In this document: positions 1-9,387 of the stretch, one piece after another | How positions within the stretch are numbered: the first letter of the stretch is position 1 | How the letters are laid out: every line of letters starts with the position of its first letter | Source of the DNA: a virus | Taxonomy: Duplodnaviria > Caudoviricetes | Virus record (IMG/VR): IMGVR_UViG_3300006105_001565 | Location: 1-53,582 of that record | DNA length: 53,582 nt | Reading direction: 5' to 3' (one strand) | The notes under the pieces: model-generated | Told to the model about the DNA's origin: nothing | Databases searched by the model: none | What the model saw: only the letters and a program-made list of their open reading frames with translations | Translations under genes and position numbers: made by a program

Positions 1-42
1 AAGGGCTAATTAACTCTTTAATCATTATTTTAATTTAGATTA

Positions 43-74
43 CAAAGATAATTAACCCTTTTGAATATTCAAAA
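43..74 (-). promoter_or_regulatory. Bacteroidota-type sigma promoter with overlapping 16-bp palindrome
   Basis: Minus strand TATCTTTG (43-50) matches the TAnnTTTG -7 element; perfect palindrome TTTTGAATATTCAAAA at 59-74; ATG at 25 starts a gene running off the left edge. Confidence 0.5.
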
Positions 75-91
75 ATTATTTTTAGAATATT

Positions 92-1117
92 TTATCCCCT
101 TCTCAAAACGTTTTGATAGTTGTTTGTAATTCTTTCGATTGCAGAAGTTGTACGAGTATCTGGAGTCTCAGGTGACACATTAACCGGATATTCTCTTTCT
201 TCTATCATATCATTATAATCCTCAGAAACTGATGCTTCTTGAGTTGTTTGATCCATATCATCAGTATCCATAACCGCAATCGCTCTTCTTGAAGATTTAG
301 TTTCATAACCTAAATCCTTATCTTGTTTAGATTTTTCCTTTTCGTCTAATAAAGAGTGATTTGTTTTGGCTTTTTTATTCATTGATACTTCAGCTATCAA
401 CTCTCTAATTTGAGTGGTAATTTCAGCTTGTAATGAGTCAATACGATTATCTTTCTGATTCCACCAAGAAAACTCAGGGTCATTTTTATCCAATGAATTG
501 AAACTTGCAACTTTGTATCCGTTTTTCTTATTGATACAATAAACTAAAACACCTTTCTTAACATATTTGAAGAAATAATCAGGATTATTTTCCCCAGTTG
601 TACACCACTTAGTGTTGGCACCATATTTTTTAGATGCTTCGAATGTTAGAGGTCTCAATATTAACCACTCACTATCTTCAAATAGTTTGATAATTTGTTT
701 TTCCATTTCTTTTTCACTCACTTTGATTTCAGCTACTTGAAGTTGAGAAATGATTTCATCAAATGTTTTATATCTTGATACATCATTTTGTTCAATCAAA
801 CCTCTTTCATTGTATTCACAAAACTTTCTAAAGTTTTTGAAGTCATCCCAAGTAAACATTGACTCAATAAATTTGGAATAAAAAACGATTTCAAAATCAC
901 CAAATTCATCCAATTGTTCTTTTGTTAAAAATGGAAATTTATCCAATAGATTTGCTTTAACTTCTTTTACGTGATTTTTATAATCAGGTGTATTGTTCAT
1001 AAGTCTTAAGAACATATCAACATACTTTGTTTTCCCATCGGGAGAGAACATCTTAAACAAATCTATAATGTTAAGAGTGTAATTTGGGTCTTTGGTTAGT
1101 TTTTTAATCGTGGACAT
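92..1117 (-). CDS. Conserved large-phage hypothetical protein (YGxxTKWC motif, acidic tail)
   Basis: 341-aa ORF with EASKKYGANTKWCTT motif; AT-rich promoter-like leader. Confidence 0.65.
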   Translation of the reverse strand: MSTIKKLTKDPNYTLNIIDLFKMFSPDGKTKYVDMFLRLMNNTPDYKNHVKEVKANLLDKFPFLTKEQLDEFGDFEIVFYSKFIESMFTWDDFKNFRKFCEYNERGLIEQNDVSRYKTFDEIISQLQVAEIKVSEKEMEKQIIKLFEDSEWLILRPLTFEASKKYGANTKWCTTGENNPDYFFKYVKKGVLVYCINKKNGYKVASFNSLDKNDPEFSWWNQKDNRIDSLQAEITTQIRELIAEVSMNKKAKTNHSLLDEKEKSKQDKDLGYETKSSRRAIAVMDTDDMDQTTQEASVSEDYNDMIEEREYPVNVSPETPDTRTTSAIERITNNYQNVLRRG

Positions 1118-1172
1118 AATTTGTGTTTTTTTTTTAAATATAATAAATTAATTCGGCAATTCCAAATTTTTA

Positions 1173-1508
1173 TTACTTATTTTTTAATTCTTGAACGAAT
1201 GAGTAATCATCACTAGATAATTTATTCAAATCGAAGTTTGCCATTTCGTGTAAAATTGATTGTCTGATGGCTTCTTTTGATACTGAATCCTTTTCTCTGC
1301 GATACTCTTCGCGTTCTTTGTTTAAGAACTGACATTTACCTTCAACATAAAATTGTGTTTCTTTAAACACAGTTCTTTGTGCATTTTGTTGGGCTTTACC
1401 GACGGTCTTAGTATAACCTACGTTTACCCATCCAAAGAAGAAGTTTAAGCCGACTAAAATCATTAGTGCTCCTACGAAAATTCCGATTGCTGCGAATACT
1501 TGTTTCAT
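1173..1508 (-). CDS. Membrane-anchored hypothetical protein
   Basis: N-terminal hydrophobic helix followed by helical domain; adjacent to lipoprotein gene. Confidence 0.75.
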   Translation of the reverse strand: MKQVFAAIGIFVGALMILVGLNFFFGWVNVGYTKTVGKAQQNAQRTVFKETQFYVEGKCQFLNKEREEYRREKDSVSKEAIRQSILHEMANFDLNKLSSDDYSFVQELKNK

Positions 1509-1526
1509 AATTGTTATTTTTAAATT

Positions 1527-2033
1527 TTAATTTATTGTTAATGGGAATGGTGATACTATAACTTTCGGTTCAATATAAACCGGATGAGGCGTCCCTTCCT
1601 TATCAATCAACATCAACCACGTACCATCAGATGATGCTGGCATAAATAAACCATTCGGTTCTGCTTGTGGAAGTACAATATTTCCTTGTTCATGTGTTTC
1701 CCAAGTTTCCGCAGGTCTTTCAGGATTTGAATATTGAGTTGAATATGGAATCCCATAACCAATACATTTACCGATAAACACTAATTTACCTTGCATTTCA
1801 TTGTACAAGTAAGCATAGTTTACGATCTTCTCGTTATCTCTTAACTCATAGATTTGTTTCAATAACTTCTTCTCTTGGAAGTTATGAATGGCGGGTAACC
1901 CTGTTTCTCTTTGTGCTTCAGCTAAAATTTGTCTTTGTTGTATAGCATCTATTTTATCTGGTGTTTCTTCAACAGGAATATTACAACTTACTAATGACAA
2001 TGCGATTAGTGACGCAAATAATAATTGTTTCAT
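1527..2033 (-). CDS. Putative lipoprotein
   Basis: Signal peptide ending in lipobox LVSC; YGIPYSTQYSNP and QAEPNGLF motifs. Confidence 0.75.
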   Translation of the reverse strand: MKQLLFASLIALSLVSCNIPVEETPDKIDAIQQRQILAEAQRETGLPAIHNFQEKKLLKQIYELRDNEKIVNYAYLYNEMQGKLVFIGKCIGYGIPYSTQYSNPERPAETWETHEQGNIVLPQAEPNGLFMPASSDGTWLMLIDKEGTPHPVYIEPKVIVSPFPLTIN

Positions 2034-2062
2034 TTTAAATCTGTGTTTTTTTTAAAAAATTT

Positions 2063-2473
2063 TTATTGTTTTTCTTTTTTTACCATTTCAACAAGGAATG
2101 ATAGTTCATTGAAAACTTGCACCAATCCGGCTCTATCATCCAACAATGCCGAATAGAACGGTTTGCGAGATTCCCAACCTAAATCAATACCATCGATATT
2201 AACCCCATCACAAGGAATGTTATGAGTGTAAAGATAATGTTCAACAAACTTTAAATCTTTATTAGCAGTCCAACAAATTACTTTACAATTGATATCTTTC
2301 AATTCACGAAGTAATTCAATTACTTGATGATATGTTGAACCTTTTAAATGGTAATCATAAACTGTTCCATCAAAATCGTAACCAATAGATAACGATCCAT
2401 ATTTTTTATACTCATCTAATAAGCGGATGAGGGACGCATTCGGTTTTAAAAACTCGTCTTGTAAATAACTCAT
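2063..2473 (-). CDS. HAD-superfamily phosphatase-like protein
   Basis: DFDGT motif I, WT motif II, K...LLDDRA motifs III/IV. Confidence 0.75.
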   Translation of the reverse strand: MSYLQDEFLKPNASLIRLLDEYKKYGSLSIGYDFDGTVYDYHLKGSTYHQVIELLRELKDINCKVICWTANKDLKFVEHYLYTHNIPCDGVNIDGIDLGWESRKPFYSALLDDRAGLVQVFNELSFLVEMVKKEKQ

Positions 2474-2474
2474 A

Positions 2475-3344
2475 TTAAAATACGTTTAATTGTTTAACAT
2501 AACCTTCCTTAACTGTATAATCAGAATTGGGTTCAACATTAATATCACTTACTGAATTGGTACAGAAAATACCATCAATGTGTTTTGATAATTCGTATAA
2601 GCCGGCACTGAATATACCGTGAGTAACGATTAAATATATTGGTATATTTGTTTGTTCTTTTATCACTTTGGCAAGTTCAATAAACGTTCTTCCACCATCA
2701 CAAATGTCATCGATGATTATAATCTGTTCAATATCAGATAAGAACAATCCTGGTAGCTGTGTCTTAACAATATTACCACTAATAATATCTCTAACCTTTG
2801 ATGCGGTTGTGACATTCGTTATGTTGAATTCTTTTGCAACATCATAGATTTTTTTTAATGCACCAGCATCGGGTGATACTATTGCGGTTTGTGCTGAACG
2901 ACCATTTAAAGTTTCTAAAGCAAAATCAACAAGGGTAAAGTTAGAAATCTTTCTATAGTTATTTATACAAGCTTCTAAAACATCACTATGTGGATCCATA
3001 ACAGTTACATATTTAAAGTTCTGACTGTTAATGATAGGACAAATAACTTGTTTTAAATAATTTATACCACCATCTTGAAACTTTCTATCGCTTCTTGAAC
3101 CACTAAAATATGGAACATATAAATGAACATAATCCGTTCCCATATTTCTTAATGCTTGATTTGCACAAATAATAAGTTCAAGGTCTTTAAAGTTGTTCAA
3201 ACGCGATTTGATTGTAACAGTTTTCATTGATAAAGAATCAGTTAAAACACTGCTTTGAATATCAATTGTTTGTTGACCATCGGGAAAGTTTGAAATCTTA
3301 AATTGTATTTCCGATAGATTCGGATATGCTAAGTTTAATATCAT
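2475..3344 (-). CDS. prs: PRPP synthetase-like protein (possible ADPR-PP synthetase, Adps)
   Basis: FPDGQ, PYFSGSRSDR, DPHS, SPDAGA, DDICDGGRTF, VTHGIFS motifs. Confidence 0.88.
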   Translation of the reverse strand: MILNLAYPNLSEIQFKISNFPDGQQTIDIQSSVLTDSLSMKTVTIKSRLNNFKDLELIICANQALRNMGTDYVHLYVPYFSGSRSDRKFQDGGINYLKQVICPIINSQNFKYVTVMDPHSDVLEACINNYRKISNFTLVDFALETLNGRSAQTAIVSPDAGALKKIYDVAKEFNITNVTTASKVRDIISGNIVKTQLPGLFLSDIEQIIIIDDICDGGRTFIELAKVIKEQTNIPIYLIVTHGIFSAGLYELSKHIDGIFCTNSVSDINVEPNSDYTVKEGYVKQLNVF

Positions 3345-3353
3345 AATTTGTTT

Positions 3354-3827
3354 TTACCAAGATGAAGAATCTGAACTTCCTGAATCATACGAGCTACCTG
3401 AGTCATATGAACTTCCTGAATCATACGAGCTACCTGAGTCATATGAACTACTGCTATCATTTGATGATGAATTGTCAGATGACCAATCACCACTAGCACC
3501 GGCACCACCTGATTGTCCACCACCAAATCCATCAAAATTATTTGATGAATCAGGAGTTATTGAGCCACCCATATCATATGATATGCTGTTGTTGTTATCG
3601 CTTTCCAATGCTGACACAACTGCTGCGGTTGTTAATACTGATAAAAGAATACCATCATCGTTATCGGTAGATCTTCTTTCTCTTTGTTCCACATAATGGG
3701 TGGGTACAGAATCAGTTTTTTCATATTTCACTTTACGATGTTCAGGTAATTTATCATAACATTCTTGTTTGATAACGTGTCCATCTTCCTTATGTTTCCA
3801 AAACATAAGTTTATCTAAGAAATTCAT
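3354..3827 (-). CDS. Hypothetical protein with hydrophobic segment and Gly/Ser-rich tail
   Basis: FGGGQSGGAGASGDW motif followed by SYDSGS repeats. Confidence 0.7.
   Translation of the reverse strand: MNFLDKLMFWKHKEDGHVIKQECYDKLPEHRKVKYEKTDSVPTHYVEQRERRSTDNDDGILLSVLTTAAVVSALESDNNNSISYDMGGSITPDSSNNFDGFGGGQSGGAGASGDWSSDNSSSNDSSSSYDSGSSYDSGSSYDSGSSYDSGSSDSSSW
3372..3449. repeat. Coding tandem repeat, 36-bp unit x2.2 (18-bp subunits)
   Basis: TGAACTTCCTGAATCATACGAGCTACCTGAGTCATA at 3372 and 3408; encodes (SSYDSG)n. Confidence 0.9.
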
Positions 3828-3832
3828 AATGT

Positions 3833-5419
3833 TTAATTTAATTGTTGTCTAATATTTGTTAATGTTGTTTGGTTATAGAACCCACCATCCTCATAGATTA
3901 CTTGTAACAAGCCTGTGTTTTCTTCTTCATCAGTACATTGTATTTTCACATAGTAATCACCAGGTATTGTATTCTGTTCAAATCCACTCATAACAGTTTC
4001 ATCATCCGCTTTGAACACTGCAACTTTACCTTTTAATGATTTCTTAGTACCATCATCAGTAATAGGGTCTTTGTAGATATCATAACCAACTTTTTCAGTA
4101 TTTAAATTTTGGTCAGCAAATTCACCAAATACTGGTTGTTCAACTTCAAACCAAGCACCTTTTGCTGCAAATCCTAAAGTGTCTCTTGTGTTGAATTGAT
4201 ATGTGAATGAACCAACACCTAATACTATGTTTGTTGATGCAAACCCTTTAGCTGCTAATCTTTCGTAGATTTGAATTTGTCTATCTAATGTGATTGAATC
4301 ACCATAGATTGCTCCTATGTGTGGGTCTAATACTTTATAGCCTTGTTCGTTTACTGTACCACCGAAGATGTCCCAAAGTAATTCGATTACTCCTTTTTCA
4401 GAAAAGTTTGCTTTACTTAATGTTCCATCGGCTTTTTCTGCTTCGTATTCTTCTTTATTGTCAAAACGAATAGTTCCACAAATAATATCAACCGGATCTC
4501 CACTATCAGGACGAATAACTAACTTACCATTTCTTCCCATAATCTTATCTTTCAAAGCTGGTAAGAATTTAGTAATTAACTGCCACAAATCAAATGTATC
4601 TGATACAACAGATAAAATACCATCAGGAAATTCATCCATCCAATCTGATAACATTTGTTGTTCACCAACTGTAAAGATTTTAGTTGTTGATACACTATGC
4701 TCAGAAGCATTTACTGAATTAATACATACTTCGTTTTCAGGTTCACCATAGAAATAACGAGCACCAGGGATAACAATTAATGTATCAGAACCTCTGAATG
4801 ATGTTGCGTGACCTAAACCACTTGATAACATATCCCAAGGACTCAATCCACGAGCACTAAAATCGTGAGCTAAGAATGGAATTAACCAAGCATTAGTTGG
4901 ATCAGTTTTCATAACCCACTCAATCAAATTGCGTTTATATTGTAAAGCAATTGTTGCAGAGGTTGATGGTTTCCAAGCTAAACTCGAAACAATTGTTTCA
5001 AGATATAATGTTAACCAAGCGAATCCATCAACTGTGTTGATGAAAGTCATATGAGGTATGTTAGGTAGAGTTTCAATACCTTCTGGTAAAGCTTTAACTC
5101 TCATAGGCAAATAACCTAAATCATATAATGCTTCAAAATGAGACGCATCATAATCCATTCCAAGATATAATGACATATCTTTTCCGAATTGTGTAGCAAC
5201 TCCTTTTGGTTGACCGAAAAAGTTTTCTGTAAATTCATCGTGTATCCATTTCCAAACTAATTGTTGTCCGAATGAAACAATTTTTTTCGCACCTTTCGGT
5301 CCGTGTTTTAAACTTCTTGGAATCCAAGTTCCATACAATTTGTTAGTGTTTTTTGCCAACATTCTTTTGTGGCCAACTTTGTAACCATCTGTGTAGAATA
5401 GTGAATTTGGTTTGAACAT
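3833..5419 (-). CDS. nadV: Nicotinamide phosphoribosyltransferase-like protein (possible Namat)
   Basis: TDGYKVGH, HDFSARG, SFRGSDT, ASEHS, VSDTFD, IRPDSGDP, IYGDSIT, GVGSFTYQ, KDPITDDGTKKSLKG; start reassigned to ATG 5419 (MFKPN). Confidence 0.92.
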   Translation of the reverse strand: MFKPNSLFYTDGYKVGHKRMLAKNTNKLYGTWIPRSLKHGPKGAKKIVSFGQQLVWKWIHDEFTENFFGQPKGVATQFGKDMSLYLGMDYDASHFEALYDLGYLPMRVKALPEGIETLPNIPHMTFINTVDGFAWLTLYLETIVSSLAWKPSTSATIALQYKRNLIEWVMKTDPTNAWLIPFLAHDFSARGLSPWDMLSSGLGHATSFRGSDTLIVIPGARYFYGEPENEVCINSVNASEHSVSTTKIFTVGEQQMLSDWMDEFPDGILSVVSDTFDLWQLITKFLPALKDKIMGRNGKLVIRPDSGDPVDIICGTIRFDNKEEYEAEKADGTLSKANFSEKGVIELLWDIFGGTVNEQGYKVLDPHIGAIYGDSITLDRQIQIYERLAAKGFASTNIVLGVGSFTYQFNTRDTLGFAAKGAWFEVEQPVFGEFADQNLNTEKVGYDIYKDPITDDGTKKSLKGKVAVFKADDETVMSGFEQNTIPGDYYVKIQCTDEEENTGLLQVIYEDGGFYNQTTLTNIRQQLN

Positions 5420-5440
5420 ATTTTTATATTTAAGATGTAA

Positions 5441-5470
5441 AGTTAATATTATTTTTGGATATTCCAAAAA
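5441..5470 (-). promoter_or_regulatory. Promoter-like element with inverted repeat upstream of the NAMPT-like gene
   Basis: TTTTTGGA-TAT-TCCAAAAA at 5452-5470 followed on the minus strand by a TAACTTTA -7-like element. Confidence 0.4.
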
Positions 5471-5476
5471 ATATTT

Positions 5477-5791
5477 TTACTCATTTTTGTTATTTTGTTT
5501 TTCAATTTCTATTTGTTCCAATCTTTCATCAATCATTTTTTTAATATTCAACAAAATCTTTTCTTCTTCTTCAATTGGGAATTTTTTTTTCAATTCCTCC
5601 ATCTGTTCTTTTTGATTTTGAATTATTATATCAAGAAAAATATTAATCGACATCAATGTTAGTCCAATCCCAACATATATGTTATAGGGATAAGGAACCA
5701 TTTCACTACTAAAATAAAATCTTATAGCAGAAATGGAAAAAACTATTAAAAGTACCCATTTGAATAATTGTGAATTTTTTAATGTTTGCAT
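5477..5791 (-). CDS. Two-TM membrane protein with coiled-coil tail
   Basis: Two hydrophobic segments, charged C-terminus. Confidence 0.7.
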   Translation of the reverse strand: MQTLKNSQLFKWVLLIVFSISAIRFYFSSEMVPYPYNIYVGIGLTLMSINIFLDIIIQNQKEQMEELKKKFPIEEEEKILLNIKKMIDERLEQIEIEKQNNKNE

Positions 5792-5853
5792 ATATTAATT
5801 TTACGCACTTGCGTGTGAACCAGAAAAACCAAAACCACCATTTATACTGAATT

Positions 5854-6306
5854 TTAAAAAATATCCAAATAAAAAGTGGTCCAACTATCATACAACGGGA
5901 TGTTATAGTAGTTACATACAATATCCACATTTCCCTTTCTCCAAAAACCTTCGGGGCATATCACTTTTAATTTATTAGATCTAGCAAATAAACCTAATTC
6001 AAGTAATGAAATGGGTGATTTTGTATTTGGGTCAAAGTACATTACGATTAGGTCAGCGTGTTCCAATGCGTTTAATTCCCAATTCACTTGTTGATAGAAC
6101 TGAGGATTTTCGAAATCTTGAGTCCAACTTGAATCCCAATCATCTCGTCTTGGATTAAGAACGTCCCATCCTGATAGATTAAATGTTTTAGTGGCTTCTT
6201 CTTGCCAATTTTCAGCCTTACCCATTTCTATGGATCCAGCTAAAAATACTGATTTGCGTTCCCTATTACGTTTCGCAAAGTTTTGTGGTGCTTTATAATT
6301 TGACAT
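5854..6306 (-). CDS. Nucleoside 2-deoxyribosyltransferase-like protein
   Basis: VFLAGSI, NPRR, QVNWE..ALEHAD, SPISLLELG motifs. Confidence 0.85.
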   Translation of the reverse strand: MSNYKAPQNFAKRNRERKSVFLAGSIEMGKAENWQEEATKTFNLSGWDVLNPRRDDWDSSWTQDFENPQFYQQVNWELNALEHADLIVMYFDPNTKSPISLLELGLFARSNKLKVICPEGFWRKGNVDIVCNYYNIPLYDSWTTFYLDIF

Positions 6307-6346
6307 ATATATAATATAAATAAAAAAAAGGAAACTACAAAATTTT

Positions 6347-6559
6347 TTATGAATATTTTTTTAAAGAATTCAATTTAATATGTTGAAGTGGCGTTCTATC
6401 AATAGTTGCACAAAGACCCCAACTCTCAAAGAAACTATTATAACCAATAAAATATAACTCACCAACCCAAGTTTTACCTTGACCATCTTCAATAGAAACT
6501 TTTTTACCTATAAACTGTTCTCTGATATGTTCTAATATTTCATCAGATATCTTTTCCAT
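6347..6559 (-). CDS. Hypothetical protein
   Basis: 70-aa ORF overlapping the upstream stop in a co-directional array. Confidence 0.65.
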   Translation of the reverse strand: MEKISDEILEHIREQFIGKKVSIEDGQGKTWVGELYFIGYNSFFESWGLCATIDRTPLQHIKLNSLKKYS

Positions 6560-7166
6560 CGTCTAGTGAATTAGGATAATATAATAATGTTGGGTTCTTT
6601 TTTTGAATGTCTACTTCAGGATATTTTTCTTTGAATTTAATTACATCAAATTTTTTTGTGATAAAATGGAAACCATTCTTTGTGGGAATAATGGTTTCAA
6701 CTTTTTTACCTTCGGGCCAACATTCATCATCAATGAATTGATTAATTGCGTGTGCCGTTATCCATAATTTAGTATCAATATCTATAATCCATCTCTTCTC
6801 ATTTGTTTTTAATTGACCAACAACAGAATCAAATAAATTCTTCTGTTTATGTTGTCCATTTTTAATTTTTTGAGCAAGAGCCATCATCATTTCCAATGAA
6901 ACGTCTTTATGATTTTGTTTTTGAACGTGTATATAAGCACGAGCTTTGAACATCTCACACAATTGTTTAATTTCATCATACCTCTTATCAAGATATTCAA
7001 GATTATCAATACAATATGTTTTAATAGTTCTAACAGATTGATGATTATCTTTTTCATTCTCGGGTTGATCTTTCTTACGCTTCAAAACATATAGCATATA
7101 AAAATCACCTTCTTTTTCGAAGTTCAATAAAGGTTTTATAAGTTCAATATTGTCAATCATATTCAA
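6543..7166 (-). CDS. Conserved phage protein, possible AEP/PrimPol-like fold
   Basis: WIIDID and TKNGFH motifs; LKRKKD N-terminal motif. Confidence 0.55.
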   Translation of the reverse strand: MNMIDNIELIKPLLNFEKEGDFYMLYVLKRKKDQPENEKDNHQSVRTIKTYCIDNLEYLDKRYDEIKQLCEMFKARAYIHVQKQNHKDVSLEMMMALAQKIKNGQHKQKNLFDSVVGQLKTNEKRWIIDIDTKLWITAHAINQFIDDECWPEGKKVETIIPTKNGFHFITKKFDVIKFKEKYPEVDIQKKNPTLLYYPNSLDDGKDI

Positions 7167-7993
7167 ATAAATTTTTTATCTTTAGAATAAATTTCTTGAA
7201 TATTATGAGGATTATTATTTATTTCATCAATAATTTTATTAAGAAGATTTTCTTCTTTGGTATAATATTCAGTATTGCCGTATTCCAAAACAGTTTTCAT
7301 AATCAAAGCTAAATAAAAATTACCATATCTACTGTAATGGTAATCAGGTATAGTACCATAAGTTTCATCGCTTATTAATATTTTATCAAAATCGTTTATA
7401 TGGTTTTTAAATATTTCATTTTTAGGACAATAGAAAAACCATTTTTCGTCTTTGATTAAATTTTCCACGTCTTTGAATGGACACCACATTATTGGTTTAT
7501 ATTTTGAATGTAAATCTACAATATGTGATAAGAATGGTAATAAATTCCTATTCAAATAACCATTGTTCAAAAAGCTGATGTCTCTATTAACAAATTCTTT
7601 CATAAATAATTTTTTTATTGCAGGGACATTATCAACTTCATATGCGTGGGAATGAACAACAACTTTTTCTCCGTCATCTTTAATCCAATTATACCTTAAA
7701 TGAGAAGTCCAGTTGATTATTATTCTATCCCCTTCTTGAAAATTTTTATCAATTTTTGAAAACTGATAAATAATATCTTCCATTGAACAGCCCAACTCAG
7801 CTAAATTAATTATCTCATAACCCCATTGCTTAAGATAATCATCATAATAAAGAGGTTTGGGTAATTCATTTTTTAAAATAAATCTTAGATATTCAGTGAC
7901 GTGCCAAAAAATTTTACTATTATTTTTTATTCTATCGAGTTCAATTTGAAATAAATTTTCAGTGAATGAATCTCCAAGTAAGAATATTCTCAT
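7163..7993 (-). CDS. SGNH/GDSL hydrolase-like protein
   Basis: LGDSFT block I, INLAELG block II, DYH near C-terminus. Confidence 0.65.
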   Translation of the reverse strand: MRIFLLGDSFTENLFQIELDRIKNNSKIFWHVTEYLRFILKNELPKPLYYDDYLKQWGYEIINLAELGCSMEDIIYQFSKIDKNFQEGDRIIINWTSHLRYNWIKDDGEKVVVHSHAYEVDNVPAIKKLFMKEFVNRDISFLNNGYLNRNLLPFLSHIVDLHSKYKPIMWCPFKDVENLIKDEKWFFYCPKNEIFKNHINDFDKILISDETYGTIPDYHYSRYGNFYLALIMKTVLEYGNTEYYTKEENLLNKIIDEINNNPHNIQEIYSKDKKFI

Positions 7994-7995
7994 TA

Positions 7996-8448
7996 TTAAT
8001 AATGTGTATAATATCTAAATTTATATTCAATTTGTCCAAACATTCCTGCAAATCCTTTTCCATCAGTTTTGATATTAATTAGAATGTAAAATCTAATTTT
8101 AGAAACATCCTGAATCAAAAGTTCTTTTACGATATCTCTTGCTACTCTATGGAATTCGTAAGGTCCGTTCACATAACTTTCGCCTTGTAGAATTTTAACA
8201 ACTTCTTTTTGATGCGGTAATGAATATCTATCTGTTTTAACACGCGCATCAATACCAATACGTGAAAGAGTTTCAATTAAAGATTTCTCACATTTCTTTT
8301 CGAATTTTTCTAATTCTTTAATATAAGTCTCAGGTGTTCTTTCTTTCTTTTTTTTATGAACAATCTTCTCATCCTCAATATCAACATCTAAACCAAATAA
8401 AGGCATAAAAATCGCTTTATCAAGATTTTCGGGTATTATTTTTTCCAT
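7996..8448 (-). CDS. Hypothetical protein
   Basis: 150-aa ORF in a tight array. Confidence 0.7.
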   Translation of the reverse strand: MEKIIPENLDKAIFMPLFGLDVDIEDEKIVHKKKKERTPETYIKELEKFEKKCEKSLIETLSRIGIDARVKTDRYSLPHQKEVVKILQGESYVNGPYEFHRVARDIVKELLIQDVSKIRFYILINIKTDGKGFAGMFGQIEYKFRYYTHY

Positions 8449-8452
8449 AAAT

Positions 8453-8704
8453 TTAATTTATTAATTCATCTATTTTGAGTCCTCTTTCTTCAAGTACTTC
8501 AGATATTTTATCGAAAATCTTTTCGTGTAAATCATAGTGACTAGTTACCATTTTTTCATCTGCATCTATTTCACGTTCCACAGATTTTCTAATTTCATTT
8601 GTTATTTCCCATAATGCAACTGCCATATCTAAAGATTTAACACATCTCATATGGGCCATTATATCGTCAGGGTCATTCAAATCAAATTCAAGAATTGCTT
8701 TCAT
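8453..8704 (-). CDS. Conserved small phage protein (MKAILEFDL N-terminus)
   Basis: Translationally coupled (TAATG) to the upstream gene. Confidence 0.7.
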   Translation of the reverse strand: MKAILEFDLNDPDDIMAHMRCVKSLDMAVALWEITNEIRKSVEREIDADEKMVTSHYDLHEKIFDKISEVLEERGLKIDELIN

Positions 8705-9174
8705 TATAATCCCAATTTTTTAAGTTCTTCAATAGTTTTTTCTGTGGATGTATGATGGATACCTATACCACCTGCTTCTTTCCAACCCTCGATGTTATCT
8801 AAACGATCATCAATCAAAACTGAATCAGGTGTAGCCAAATCTTTCTTATGTTTTGCTGTTCTTAAAATTAGTGGAACACCAGGTAATTCTCTTTCAACCC
8901 ACTCGTGTTTACCAACTCTTGAATCATTTTGTCTAGATGGTGCTGATAATAATTTGGGTTTATATTTTTTTATATAATCCCATAATTGGTGACCATCAGA
9001 TTCCCATTCTAAATCTACCCAAAATTTTTTACCTGCTTTATTGATTGGGTCCCAAAAATGTGTGTCATTATAAAACTCACCTTTGATACTTTTACCTGTT
9101 AACTTTTTATAACCTTTATCAAAGTCAACAAGTACTCCATCCATATCACAGAATATGTGTAATTTTTTTTCCAT
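8704..9174 (-). CDS. HAD 5'(3')-deoxyribonucleotidase-like protein
   Basis: DMDGVLVDF, LSAP, GKHEW, LIDDR...W...GG.GI motifs. Confidence 0.85.
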   Translation of the reverse strand: MEKKLHIFCDMDGVLVDFDKGYKKLTGKSIKGEFYNDTHFWDPINKAGKKFWVDLEWESDGHQLWDYIKKYKPKLLSAPSRQNDSRVGKHEWVERELPGVPLILRTAKHKKDLATPDSVLIDDRLDNIEGWKEAGGIGIHHTSTEKTIEELKKLGL

Positions 9175-9222
9175 ATGGTAAAATTAAATATTTTTTTTGA
9201 TATTATAAAAAAAAATTAGAAA

Positions 9223-9375
9223 TTAATAAATTTTATCTTCGAATGTAACCTTTATAGCATCTTTTTCTAATTTAGTTAATCTCTGATTTAATTCATCAAT
9301 TTTTTTATATTGCTTTTTATTCTGATATAAAAGGAAATAAATAACTGCAACAAAGAATAATAATTCTATTAACAT
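9223..9375 (-). CDS. Small single-TM protein (50 aa, not in ORF track)
   Basis: Translated manually: MLIELLFFVAVIYFLLYQNKKQYKKIDELNQRLTKLEKDAIKVTFEDKIY; fills an intergenic gap. Confidence 0.6.
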   Translation of the reverse strand: MLIELLFFVAVIYFLLYQNKKQYKKIDELNQRLTKLEKDAIKVTFEDKIY

Positions 9376-9387
9376 ATATTTTTTATT

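Noticed and set aside
3372-3449. 36-bp repeat as a CRISPR array
   Set aside because: Units are contiguous with no spacers, in frame in a coding region, and no cas genes are present
3341-3696. Alternative ORFs 3341-3535 and 3472-3696
   Set aside because: Shadow frames of the Ser/Gly-rich gene
5792-5853. GC-richer spacer with a weak hairpin
   Set aside because: Short imperfect stem, no second copy noticed, no recognisable RNA motif
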